Shown piece after piece: positions 19,453 through 29,078 of a DNA stretch of 43,577 bases. Below the pieces are notes generated by a model. It was not told where the DNA came from, did not search any database, and was given only the letters and a program-made list of their open reading frames with translations. Positions within the stretch are counted from its first letter, which is position 1. Every line of letters starts with the position of its first letter. A program made the position numbers and the translations under genes. Source of the stretch: Candidatus Latescibacterota bacterium (GTDB lineage Bacteria > Latescibacterota > UBA2968 > UBA8231); contig CBDBIJ010000128.1 in NCBI GenBank assembly GCA_965205655.1, forward strand, positions 1-43,577, read 5' to 3'.

Positions 19453-21339
19453 ATGGCCTATCTGGACAGCCTCTACGAGACCAACTTCGTCGAGTACGCC
19501 TCCTACGTCATCAAAGATCGCGCCATTCCCCACCTCGACGACGGTCTGAAACCGGTGCACCGGCGCATCCTCCACACCCTGCACGAGTTGGACGACGGCA
19601 AGTACCACAAGGTGGCCAATGTCGTCGGCCAGTGCATGAAGTATCACCCTCACGGAGACGCCTCGATCTACTCGGCCCTCGTGGTGCTGGCGAACAAGGG
19701 CCTGTTCATGGACCGCCAGGGGAACTTCGGCAACATCTACACCGGCGACGTGGCCTCGGCGGCACGCTACATCGAGTGTCGCCTTTCGCCGCTCGCCCGC
19801 GAGATGATGTTCGATCCTCAGGTCACTCAGCACACCGACTCCTACGACGGCCGCAATCGCGAGCCGGTCGTGCTGCCCGCACGCCTCCCCGTGCTCCTCG
19901 CACTGGGCGCCGAGGGGATCGCCGTCGGCATGTCCACCAAGATTATGCCGCACAACCTCATCGAGCTCCTTCAGGCCCAGGTCTGCTACATGAAGGACGA
20001 GTCGTTTGAGATCTTTCCCGATCTCCCGACCGGCGGCCTTATCGATATCTCGGGATATGAAGACGGAAACGGCAAGCTGCTGGTACGAGCCAGGCTGGAC
20101 ACCTCAGATCCCAAGAGAATCGTCATCCGCGAGATTCCATTCGGCTCCACGACCGAGTCGCTCATCGCCTCCATCGAGGATGCGGCGCGCAAAAGTAAGG
20201 TGAAGGTTGCCAGCATTCAGGACTTCACCGCCGCGAGTGCCGAGATCGAGCTGAAGCTCGCGCGCGGCGCATACGCAAAAGATGTAGTGGATTCACTCTA
20301 CGCTTTCACCGACTGCGAGCTGTCGATCTCCTGCAATCTCATGGTCATCGACGGAGACCGGCCGCGCGTCATGGCCGTCTCCGACGTACTGGCGCACAAC
20401 GTCGACCGACTGGTGGATGTTCTCAAGGCGCAGCTGAAGATTGAGCAGCAAGAGCTGGAAAAAAGGCTCCACGGCAAGACTCTCGAGCAGATCTTCATCG
20501 AGAATCGCATATACAAGGAAATCGAGGACAAGAAGACGTCAGACGATGTCGTCGCTGCAGTGGCGAAGGGTCTGAAGCCGCATCACAAGAAGATCGGACG
20601 GGATGTGACACGGGAGGACATCGACACTCTGTTGCAGATTCCGATCAGGCGGATTTCGTTCTACGATATCGAGCGGGCGAACAGAGAGGCCAGACAAATT
20701 GGGAAACGACTGAAGCAGGTGAAGAGCGACCTTGCCGGAATCATCCCGTATGCGATTGGATTCCTCGAAACCACGATCGCGAAGTACGGGGATCAGTTTC
20801 CTCGGCGCAGCGAAATCGTGGCCATCGACAAGGTGGGTGTGAGGGAAGCCGCCAGGCGCGATATGAAGTTTGCCTACGACAGGAACACCGGGTATCTGGG
20901 TTATCAGGTGGATGGCGCGACGCTGTTCGATGTGTCGCTTTATGATCGACTTCTCGTCATTCGCAAGGATGGCACCTACTCAGTCACGGACGTCCCGGAC
21001 AAACTGTTCGTGGGCAAGGGCATGCTCCACTGCGACTTTCCGGACAAAGACCAGGTGTTCAACGTCATCTACAAGGATGAGAAGTCATTCACCTACATCA
21101 AGCGATGTCGGATCGACAAATTCATCCTCAACCGGACCTACCAGCTGGTCCCTAATGGCTCGACTCTGCTTAAATTGACGACTGACCCGAGCGGCACCGT
21201 TTCATTGGATTACAAGCCGAAGCCGCGATTGCGGGTGCTCCAGGAGCAGTTTGAGGTCGCGGACTATCCGGTGAGAGGCCTGCGCGCCGGAGGGATTCGC
21301 CTCGCGGGACGCGAGCTGAGGCGTTGCAAGATCATGTGA
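19453..21339 (+). CDS. parC: DNA topoisomerase IV subunit A (short form)
   Basis: DRAIP..DDGLKPVHRRIL, YHPHGD, QGNFG, catalytic AARYIE, GIAVGMST; short C-terminal domain with no recognisable GyrA box. Confidence 0.88.
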   Translation: MAYLDSLYETNFVEYASYVIKDRAIPHLDDGLKPVHRRILHTLHELDDGKYHKVANVVGQCMKYHPHGDASIYSALVVLANKGLFMDRQGNFGNIYTGDVASAARYIECRLSPLAREMMFDPQVTQHTDSYDGRNREPVVLPARLPVLLALGAEGIAVGMSTKIMPHNLIELLQAQVCYMKDESFEIFPDLPTGGLIDISGYEDGNGKLLVRARLDTSDPKRIVIREIPFGSTTESLIASIEDAARKSKVKVASIQDFTAASAEIELKLARGAYAKDVVDSLYAFTDCELSISCNLMVIDGDRPRVMAVSDVLAHNVDRLVDVLKAQLKIEQQELEKRLHGKTLEQIFIENRIYKEIEDKKTSDDVVAAVAKGLKPHHKKIGRDVTREDIDTLLQIPIRRISFYDIERANREARQIGKRLKQVKSDLAGIIPYAIGFLETTIAKYGDQFPRRSEIVAIDKVGVREAARRDMKFAYDRNTGYLGYQVDGATLFDVSLYDRLLVIRKDGTYSVTDVPDKLFVGKGMLHCDFPDKDQVFNVIYKDEKSFTYIKRCRIDKFILNRTYQLVPNGSTLLKLTTDPSGTVSLDYKPKPRLRVLQEQFEVADYPVRGLRAGGIRLAGRELRRCKIM

Positions 21340-21437
21340 ACGGAGACCGTGTCACGTTCCGGGGATGGTTGAGATCGAGTCGCGACCATCCCTTTTTTTG
21401 TGCTCGTGACGCGACATATAGACGGAGGATATCAAGC

Positions 21438-23243
21438 GTGGATGATGTTCAGATGAACTGGGACCTGCAGTCCTACTTCCCCTGCTTCGATGGCCCGGAG
21501 ATGCGGCAGTTTGTGGAGGAGTTGGAGCGCGATGTGGCGGCGGCACAACGGCGGGCGGGCGGGCTCGGCACTTTGTGCCGGCAAAACGAAGCTGAGTGGG
21601 AGGATGCTCTTCTTTGCTTCGAGGATATCGGGAAGCGGCTGTCGCACCTGAGCTCATACCTGGGGTGCCTCACCGCCGCCGATGCGGAAAACGAGGCCTA
21701 CAAGAAACAGGAGGCTGATACATATCGCCTCTATGCCGAGGCTGACAAGCTGGAAGTGGAGCTCATGCGGGGGCTCAAGGAAGCTACCGACGAGGACTTC
21801 ACCCGCATCGGCGCGCGCGAAGGACTTGGGGACAGCGCCTATTTCCTCGCCAGATTGCGCGAGGAGGCGCAGAGGACGATGAGCCCGCCGGAGGAGCGAC
21901 TCGCGGCTGATCTGGGCGTGGACGGTATCCACGCCTGGGGTCGTGTCTACGATGCCGTTTCCGGCAAGATGGAGTTCGACATGGGCTGGCCCGACGGTCG
22001 CACCGAGCGCCTCCCCATGTCACAGCGACGCTCGCTCATGGGCAGGCCCGACCGCGCTACCCGAAAAGCCGCTTTCGAGGGGGGTAACAGCGCCTGGGCG
22101 CAGGTGGAGGACGTGGCGGCGGCGGCTCTCAACGCTATCGCCGGAACTCGACTGTCCCTGAATCGACATCGCGGTGTCGAGCACTTTCTCGATATCGCGC
22201 GGTTTCAGTCGGCGGTCACGCGCCGGTCCCTGGACGCCATGTTCGAGGCGATTTTCGATTCCCTCGACCTGCCCCGGCGCATCCTGCGGCTCAAGGCCAG
22301 AGCGATGAATCTGCCTGGTGTCGCCTGGTACGACCTGGAGGCGCCTTTGCCGCTGCCCGAGGAGCAGCCGATCGACTGGGAGACGGCAAAGGGGATGGTG
22401 TGCACCGCCTTCGATCTGGCCTACCCGGCGCTGGGCCGGTTCGTCGAGAGCGTCTTCGAACGCAACTGGATCGATTGGGAGCCCCGAGCCGGAAAGCGGT
22501 CCGGAGGTTTCTGCACAGGCTCACTGATCACCAACGAGTCCCGCATCTTCATGACCTACAATGAGAGCGCCGGCGACGTGAGGACTCTCGCCCACGAGGC
22601 CGGTCACGCCTTCCATAGCTACGTCATGCGGGATCTGAGACCCTTTGCGCGCCGCTACCCCATGACATTGGCCGAGTCGGCCTCCACATTCGGCGAGATG
22701 ATCTTCACCGAGGGGATTCTGAACAGTGCCGGGATCGACGCTCTTGAAAAAGTGCGGATACTCGACATGGAAACGGCGCACGCCGCCGTCTACCTCATGG
22801 ATATCCCGGTGCGCTACGAGTTCGAGAAACGGTTTCACGAAGAAAGGGCGGACGGTGAGGTGGAAGTCAGCCGGCTCAAGGAGCTGATGAGCCAGACCCA
22901 ACGGCGCATTTTCGGCGACGGGCTTGAAGAGGGCGGCGACGATCCGTACTTCTGGGCCTCGAAGCTCCATTTTTACATCACCGGAGTGACGTTCTACAAC
23001 TTCCCCTACACCTTCGGCTTCCTGCTCAGTCGCGGCCTCTTCGCCCAGTTCAGGGAACGGGGGCCGGAGTTCCTGCCCCGCTACGAAGAGTTCCTGCGGC
23101 TTACCGGCACAGCGCCGGCCGCTCAGGTCGCCGAGCGAGCCATCGGTTGCGACCTGGAGTCGCCCCAGTTCTGGAAGAGCGCGATCGAGACCTTGCGGGA
23201 GCCGATAGAGCAGCTCGAGCAGCTCCTCCCGACCGTTTCCTGA
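21438..23243 (+). CDS. M3B oligoendopeptidase F family
   Basis: GGAGG RBS before GTG 21438; GKRSGGFC, TLAHEAGHAFH, LAESASTFGE, HFY...FYNFPYTFG. Confidence 0.92.
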   Translation: MDDVQMNWDLQSYFPCFDGPEMRQFVEELERDVAAAQRRAGGLGTLCRQNEAEWEDALLCFEDIGKRLSHLSSYLGCLTAADAENEAYKKQEADTYRLYAEADKLEVELMRGLKEATDEDFTRIGAREGLGDSAYFLARLREEAQRTMSPPEERLAADLGVDGIHAWGRVYDAVSGKMEFDMGWPDGRTERLPMSQRRSLMGRPDRATRKAAFEGGNSAWAQVEDVAAAALNAIAGTRLSLNRHRGVEHFLDIARFQSAVTRRSLDAMFEAIFDSLDLPRRILRLKARAMNLPGVAWYDLEAPLPLPEEQPIDWETAKGMVCTAFDLAYPALGRFVESVFERNWIDWEPRAGKRSGGFCTGSLITNESRIFMTYNESAGDVRTLAHEAGHAFHSYVMRDLRPFARRYPMTLAESASTFGEMIFTEGILNSAGIDALEKVRILDMETAHAAVYLMDIPVRYEFEKRFHEERADGEVEVSRLKELMSQTQRRIFGDGLEEGGDDPYFWASKLHFYITGVTFYNFPYTFGFLLSRGLFAQFRERGPEFLPRYEEFLRLTGTAPAAQVAERAIGCDLESPQFWKSAIETLREPIEQLEQLLPTVS

Positions 23244-23273
23244 CTGGCGAGATGTTTTTGAACAGAGAGTAGC

Positions 23274-23301
23274 TCAAGAGCATTCACGTCGCTGCCGATA
23301 T
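23274..23301 (+). promoter_or_regulatory. Putative sigma-28 (FliA/SigD) promoter
   Basis: TCAA-N16-GCCGATAT about 50 nt upstream of ATG 23354. Confidence 0.5.
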
Positions 23302-23353
23302 GGAGAGAGAAAGCGGGATTACGCCCACTCCGTATTCGCAGGAGATTGATTGA

Positions 23354-24526
23354 ATGCAGATCGGCTCCCTACCAAGCCATGGTCACTACATAATACTCGT
23401 CGCAGATCATCGGACTGATCCGGCCTCGGAAAAGGACGCGCGGCAGAGTATCGGCAGAGGCGTCGACGACGAAGGCGTTGCGCAGACGACGCCTCCGGGG
23501 ACCGATCGGAATGAAGACGACGGGACCGTCTCGCTTCTCGAAGCCATTCCGAACACTCCGGGCTCGACCGCCGCACTGAGTCTCACCCTGCCTGTCGACA
23601 GCGCCGTCCCGACGACATCGACCGCCACACTGGCCGCGCCAGCAGATTCGAGCCTACCGGATCGGTCCGTTGAGGCGATCCCAGGCGGCGCGCGAGCTGA
23701 GCTCGGTGAGCTCGCGCCACCAGAGCTTCCACCCGTCGCACCCACGCTTGGCTCACCTTCTGCAGACGATGCGTTCCTGCGGCTTCAGCCCGAGATCGGA
23801 ACCATCGAGCCCGGGCTGCCGTCGGCAGCCTCGCAGTCGCAACCCGGGGTCGGTGCAGCTACGACAGATCCCTCGGCGCCGGCCGGGCCGACCCGCGATG
23901 CAGCGGCCAGGGAATCGGCCGGCGCAGACCCCGCACCGGCGACATCTCCCGCCTCCGGGGCCGAAGTCACGGCCGGTTCCTCCAGCAAGAATGGCAAGGC
24001 GGAGCTTTCGGCAGAGCAGCAGCAGGAAGTGGACGAGCTGAAGTCGCGCGATCGCGAGGTACGTCAGCACGAGCAGGCGCATGCCGCCGCCGGCGGGTCC
24101 TATACTCGTGGCGGTCCTCGATTTGAATACACCACCGGCCCGGACAATCGTCGCTACGCAACCGGCGGCGAGGTCGACATCGATACATCGAAAGTTCCCG
24201 ATGATCCCGAGGGCACCATTCGCAAGATGCAGGTGGTCTACCGCGCGGCTATGGCGCCGGCCGAGCCATCCGGCGCGGATCGCAGCGTCGCCGCGGAGGC
24301 CAAGCAGAAACAGTCAGAGGCGCGCGCCGAATTGGCGCAAGCGCGGCGCGTCGATGCCTCTGATGGAGAAAAAACGGGAGGGAAAGCCGCTGGCGTTCCG
24401 CCACATTCGACCGAGGCAACGGGCGAGTCAGCCTCAGAATCGGCTGACGAGAAATCGGCTACTCCGGCGTCTGGCGAGTTCGTGGCGGGACCCGAACCGG
24501 GCCGGATCCTCGACGAGATGGCCTGA
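23354..24526 (+). CDS. SprA-related family protein (HEXXH, CJM1_0395-like) with a long low-complexity N-terminus
   Basis: [57 protein letters not shown]. Confidence 0.85.
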   Translation: MQIGSLPSHGHYIILVADHRTDPASEKDARQSIGRGVDDEGVAQTTPPGTDRNEDDGTVSLLEAIPNTPGSTAALSLTLPVDSAVPTTSTATLAAPADSSLPDRSVEAIPGGARAELGELAPPELPPVAPTLGSPSADDAFLRLQPEIGTIEPGLPSAASQSQPGVGAATTDPSAPAGPTRDAAARESAGADPAPATSPASGAEVTAGSSSKNGKAELSAEQQQEVDELKSRDREVRQHEQAHAAAGGSYTRGGPRFEYTTGPDNRRYATGGEVDIDTSKVPDDPEGTIRKMQVVYRAAMAPAEPSGADRSVAAEAKQKQSEARAELAQARRVDASDGEKTGGKAAGVPPHSTEATGESASESADEKSATPASGEFVAGPEPGRILDEMA

Positions 24527-24568
24527 TTTCAGAATCAATTGTCCCGATTCCAAATCGTCTTGTGATTT

Positions 24569-24976
24569 TCAGAAGCGGCCCTCGTCGGCGTCGAGATGGT
24601 CGAAGTACGTGAAGTAGTCTGAGCGTCCCAGCTCTTTTTTCCACTCGGCAAGACGCTTCTGCGCCTCCTCGTCCTGGGGAGTGCGGTGGCGCATCATGTT
24701 GTTGAAGGCGACCTTCTCCGCCTGCGATGGGGAACACTCCGCCTCGACCCACATCGCTATCTCAATGTCGTCAGAGCCCGCCTCGACCGCGTTGCTGAAC
24801 TTTTCCGCGTCGGTGCCGAGGAACTCGAACAACATGACGTCGAGGGGACAGTTGTAGTGGTAGTCTCCGAGTGTGCCCGACTGATGTGCTCGGCATTTGT
24901 CGCTGGTTCGCGGCAACATCACGAGCCCGGCGTTCATGTCGTAGGGACTTCTGGGGAAATTCTTGATCAGATCCAT
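24569..24976 (-). CDS. DUF5069-like protein
   Basis: MDL...PRSP....GLVMLPR..DKCRA...GTLGDYHYNCPLD..LFEFLG; ends ...DADEGRF. Confidence 0.75.
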   Translation of the reverse strand: MDLIKNFPRSPYDMNAGLVMLPRTSDKCRAHQSGTLGDYHYNCPLDVMLFEFLGTDAEKFSNAVEAGSDDIEIAMWVEAECSPSQAEKVAFNNMMRHRTPQDEEAQKRLAEWKKELGRSDYFTYFDHLDADEGRF

Positions 24977-25438
24977 GACTGCTCCGCGTGGCACTCCATG
25001 CAACGCTGCAAAAAATCGCCGACCTGGTCGCGGTCACAGCAGTGCGGGCGGGACTGGCGTCCGAGTGCCGCCGGGGCAGCACTAGTCAGAATCCGGAATA
25101 TATCGAAGGGCCGCACCTCATCCAATCGACCCGGAGTGGGAATCCCCCCGTTGTGGCACAGATCGTTCGTACGGATTTCGAGCGCGACCGCTGATGAAAG
25201 AACGAAGCTTAGCGCTGCTGGCGCATCGACAGTCCGAAGATGGCCAGGAGTGCGATCAGCGGGACTACGAAGAGCAAAGACCCCATGAGTGTCACCTGAT
25301 CGTGGCGGAGTGGTAAACGATTCTCATGCGCGGGAAAGGAGCTACCCCAGGCATGCGCCCGCACGGCTCTATCATAAACCGGGGACGGTTCACGCCATGC
25401 AATCAAGCAATGGCTGTGCCACCTCAGATGAGACTATG

Positions 25439-25471
25439 AAAAAGCCGGCTCATATGGGTCGCGAGCCGGCT
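25439..25471 (-). terminator. Intrinsic terminator after the sigma factor gene
   Basis: Perfect 9-bp stem agccggctc/gagccggct with an adjacent A-run (U-tail on the minus strand). Confidence 0.7.
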
Positions 25472-25505
25472 CTGATGTCTTGTTGGATCGGGCTTGGTAT
25501 CGCGA

Positions 25506-26333
25506 TCAGTTTCTGGAGATTTCGGCGAGGATTTCTCCACAGTCGGTCTTCAGCTTGTCGAGCGCCCGGTTGCGGAGTTGGCGGACGCGCTCCCTGGTCA
25601 CGCCCATCGTCTGGCCGATCTCCTCGAGGGTCATGGGTTTGACCTCGCCGAGACCGAAGTAGCACCGGAGAATCTGGTACTCCCGATCGTCGAGCACACC
25701 CAGGCAGTCGATGACGGTCGCTTTGAGACGCATCTCCTCGAAAAGATCGTCGACCCTCTCCTCAGGGGAAGCGAAGACTGAATGAAGCGTCGTCTCCTCG
25801 TCGGTGTAGGCGGGAGCATCAAAGGAAACATCCTGCTGCCCCACCTCGACGGCGTTGCGGGTGCGCTCCTTGCTGATGTCTACGCTGGCGGCGATCTCCT
25901 CATATGTAGGGTCGCGGCCGAGCCGTTGTGCCAGGCTGCCGGCCTCTTTTTCGAGCTTCTGCAAGTCGTTGATCTGGCTCATGGGAGGGCGCGCGATCTT
26001 GCCCTGTTCCGCCAGCGCTTTGAGAATCGCCTGTTTGATCCACCACACGGCGTAGGTGATGAATTTGAATCCCCTGGTCTCGTCGAAACGTTTGACGGCT
26101 TCCAGCAGTCCCACGTTTCCCTCTGAAATGAGTTCCACCAGGGTCAGGCCGTAGTCCTTGTAATGCCGGGCAACACTCACGACAAATCTCAGATTCGCGG
26201 TGACGATTTCCTCCCGCGCCCGTTCGTCCCCCGCCTTCGCCAGCGTAAACAGCCGTACCTCTTCCTCGCGCTTGAGGGGCTCGGCGTCCCGGATATCCCG
26301 CCAGTAGAGTTCAGTCAGGTTGTCTGCCGTCAT
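25506..26333 (-). CDS. Sigma-70 family RNA polymerase sigma factor (RpoD/SigA-like, no region 1.1)
   Basis: ANLRFVVSVA, LISEGNVGL, RFDETRGFKFITYAVWWIKQAI, TLEEIG..MGVTRERVRQ. Confidence 0.93.
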   Translation of the reverse strand: MTADNLTELYWRDIRDAEPLKREEEVRLFTLAKAGDERAREEIVTANLRFVVSVARHYKDYGLTLVELISEGNVGLLEAVKRFDETRGFKFITYAVWWIKQAILKALAEQGKIARPPMSQINDLQKLEKEAGSLAQRLGRDPTYEEIAASVDISKERTRNAVEVGQQDVSFDAPAYTDEETTLHSVFASPEERVDDLFEEMRLKATVIDCLGVLDDREYQILRCYFGLGEVKPMTLEEIGQTMGVTRERVRQLRNRALDKLKTDCGEILAEISRN

Positions 26334-26471
26334 CGTTCATACACCTCGTTGGACCACATAACCTCTTGCGCCGCAATCCAGTAATCACTCAATATCAGTA
26401 AACGCTCGAATCCGCACCGAGTTCCCGATTCGGGCCCATGGAAGGCAATTTTAATCTTCACGTTAACGTTA

Positions 26472-26500
26472 AGTATATCGCGCGGACCTCTCGTCCGCAA
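26472..26500 (-). promoter_or_regulatory. Putative sigma-70 promoter of the sigma factor gene
   Basis: TTGCGG, 17-nt spacer, TATACT on the minus strand. Confidence 0.45.
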
Positions 26501-26540
26501 GGGCGAGGGGAGGCAGCGGGCAGGCTGACAACCTTGCTGG

Positions 26541-26969
26541 TCAGTCCGGGGTGGGTCGGCGGCGCAGACCCTTTTTTTGTCCCTTGAGCTTCTTGGCCTG
26601 TATGCGGCGCGTGATTGACGCCTTGCTCGGCCGGGTCGGACGGCGGGGGGGAGGCGGAGGGCGCAGACCCTCTCTGATGATTGCGACGAATTTATCGAGG
26701 CAATCCTGACGGTTGCGCGCCTGGGACCGAAATCGGGAGGAACGGACGATGAGATCCCCGGCACCGGTCAGACGCGATCCGAGGGTGGCCGTCAGGCGTT
26801 GTCGCTGCTGTGTCCTGAGCGTCCGACTGTCGGCGACGCGGAAGCGCAACTCGACCCTCGTGTTCACCCGGTTCACATTCTGCCCTCCGGGACCCGGTGA
26901 TCGGTCGAAGGAGAATCGGATCTCACTCAACGGGATCGCTACTGATCGGCTGATCTCAACTGCATCCAT
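26541..26969 (-). CDS. arfB: Alternative ribosome rescue peptidyl-tRNA hydrolase ArfB
   Basis: RSPGPGGQNVNRVNTRVELRF, RSQARNR, basic tail RRPTRPSKAS..RR...KK. Confidence 0.93.
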   Translation of the reverse strand: MDAVEISRSVAIPLSEIRFSFDRSPGPGGQNVNRVNTRVELRFRVADSRTLRTQQRQRLTATLGSRLTGAGDLIVRSSRFRSQARNRQDCLDKFVAIIREGLRPPPPPRRPTRPSKASITRRIQAKKLKGQKKGLRRRPTPD

Positions 26970-27441
26970 GCCATGAAACTACCCCTTCTACCGGGCGCTA
27001 CCAAGCGGTGTCTGGTATATGGGCAAGTGCCAAACGCAGACGCCCCGCCGGGGGCGACCCGACAGGGCGTGTATGCGATTCTTGATGCCGCTGATTCGCG
27101 CCGGAGGCGCTTGGCGGGTTCCGGTTCGGAGTGGGTCGCTCCGGGTCCGGAGAGCTCAGGGTTGGATGGGCCCTGAAAGAGAAGACTATTTGATCGATCG
27201 GATATTTTGGAGGTTCGATTATGATTTAGTATCAAATAGTCTCTGGTTATACTATCGGATCCTCTGCACGAAATCTTTAGTGGTTAATTTCACCTCGTTA
27301 CAATGTGCGTAACTTATTGAAATAAATAACGTTTTGTGCCATTTCTGAAACCAGACTGTAGGATTTATAGTCATATATGATAGTAACAAGTAGTATTCTA
27401 TATATCGGTAAACACAAGGAAAAACTCCAGATCGGTGCTTG

Positions 27442-27469
27442 TTGACAGCACGGGATCGGAGCGTAAGTT
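27442..27469 (+). promoter_or_regulatory. Putative sigma-70 promoter of rpsR
   Basis: TTGACA (27442-27447), 16-nt spacer, TAAGTT (27464-27469), downstream of an AT-rich tract. Confidence 0.5.
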
Positions 27470-27549
27470 TAGTGCTGCTTTGGCCAATTGCCAGTCGCTC
27501 GACTGGTACAGATGAGTGCCGTCGTTTCTGTAATCGAGGAGTAGGAGCC

Positions 27550-27771
27550 ATCGCCAGATCAAGCCGCAAGGAATTCACGGCAAAGTTGAAGCTCGAGGAT
27601 ATCGACTACAAGCGACTCGATATTCTCGCCCGTTTTCTCAATCCGATCGGCAAGATCGACGCCGCACGCCGATCCGGCGCGAATCGCAAGCAACAGGCGC
27701 GAATCGTGCGGTCGATCAAGCGCGCCCGCTATCTCGGTCTGCTGCCGTACAACATCAACGACACGAGATAA
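27550..27771 (+). CDS. rpsR: 30S ribosomal protein S18 (Cys-free form), probable ATC start
   Basis: IDYKRLDILARFL...GKI..ARRSG...KQQ..IVRSIKRARYLGLLPY; GAGGAG 8 nt upstream of in-frame ATC 27550. Confidence 0.85.
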   Translation: MARSSRKEFTAKLKLEDIDYKRLDILARFLNPIGKIDAARRSGANRKQQARIVRSIKRARYLGLLPYNINDTR

Positions 27772-27791
27772 CTGCGCGGCGGTGCGAATAG

Positions 27792-28146
27792 ATGGCAGAG
27801 CGATTGGACAGCTTGTGGGATAGCGTCAAAAGGGGGTCTGCAGGATGGCGCCGCGGTGGCCATGAGCAAGGCCGAGGAGTTGACCCAGCTCGGTCGCGCG
27901 CGGCTGGACATCGCCGCTGCCAAAACACGCCTCAGCAGATTGCGGTCGAATCTAGGTGAGCTGGTCTATGACCAGCTTCAGGCTGGTTCGGCGACGGGCC
28001 TCGCTCAGTCTTCCGAGGTTCAGTCGCTGTGCGATGAAATCAGGTCGGCGATGGATGAGGTGGCGACGAGTGAGGCCACTTTCGAGAGGGTCAAAGCCGA
28101 GCAGGAAGGCGACGAAGAGGAAAGGGTCTCACCGCAAGACCGCTGA
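27792..28146 (+). CDS. Hypothetical helical protein with an apparent frameshift in the G5 run (27832-27836)
   Basis: MAERLDSLWDSVKR from ATG 27792 joins GLQDGAAVAMSKAEELTQLGRARLDI if one G is removed. Confidence 0.6.
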
Positions 28147-28172
28147 CGCGTTTCACGCCTTCTTTTTCTTCT

Positions 28173-29078
28173 TCACCATCTTCTGACCCGCCACTTTTTT
28201 TCTTTTTCTTCTTCTTGCTTCCTTCTCGGCACGTCGACGGGCAGGTCGTCGAGATCCTCATCGAGATCATCGGGTGCCTCTTCTTCTGCAAACAGGGCAC
28301 TCGCTTCTTCCAGCTCCTGCGCCATCTCCTTCTCCGCCCGCTCCTCCAGCTCTGCCGTTGACATGGGTGGCCAATCGAGGAAGAAATCCTCTACCGCAAA
28401 GGTGAGGAAGCTCCCCTTGAGATAGCGCTCGAAAGTGCTGGCGACGACGTGGGAGCAAAGCGGATCCAGGTCGGGCTCGGTCTCGTCGATGACCAGTTCC
28501 ACCAGCTCGTGGAGGAGCAGCGTCTCGATAAGGCCAACTTGCTCGACACCGCCGGACGTAGCGGCGTCCTCATCCCAGTCCTGGAGGACCTTTTTGACGG
28601 CCACGACCAGATGAATCTCCGACTCGCGCTCGAAGGCGACGACCTTCGCCTCCTTGATGGCCTGCAGGTCGGTGCTGCGCACCTCGTTGAAGGGGTGACC
28701 GATAAGTCGGAATGGATCTCCGCTGGCGGGATTGAGACGGTCCGAGAACACGCGGCCGGCCTGGGCGGGGCGTGTGAGGATGTAGTCCAGCACGCTGTCC
28801 TGCGGTGGTGACCAGATGCGGGCGAGGCGGCCAGAGCGGATACTGGCGACCATGCCGGCGTCCTCGTCTTCTCCGGGCTCCTCGAAAAGGGCGGCTATGA
28901 GGGACTTCTTCTCATCAGGGGCGGCGCCACCGCGAAACTTGAAGCTCCCCATCTGTTGCAACAGCTGCACGCGACTTCGGGTCTCGGTGGGCGCCAAGTC
29001 GAGTAGCGTTTCGTAGAAGGTCTGATACCCGTCTTCCTCCGTCCACGTGCGGAACTCGTCCGGACTCCGTTTGAGGGA
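28173..29078 (-). pseudogene. Acidic hypothetical protein, 5'-truncated at the IS30 boundary
   Basis: The frame stays open and protein-like upstream of the called TTG 28997 (SLKRSPDEFRTWTEEDGYQTFYETLLD) up to the IS end at ~29079; contains LLHELVE...SHVVA. Confidence 0.65.

Noticed and set aside
24966..25340. Minus-strand open frame ending in CMECH (heme-binding-like CxxCH)
   Set aside because: No plausible start/RBS or signal peptide, and it overlaps the DUF5069-like gene start; probably chance.
27325..27341. Second sigma-54 promoter (TGGCAC on the minus strand)
   Set aside because: The -12 element is GTTA rather than TTGC.
27181..27430. oriC or dif site in the AT-rich tract
   Set aside because: Only one 2-mismatch DnaA-box-like 9-mer (27304-27312), no box cluster, no convincing XerC/XerD arms, and no dnaA context.
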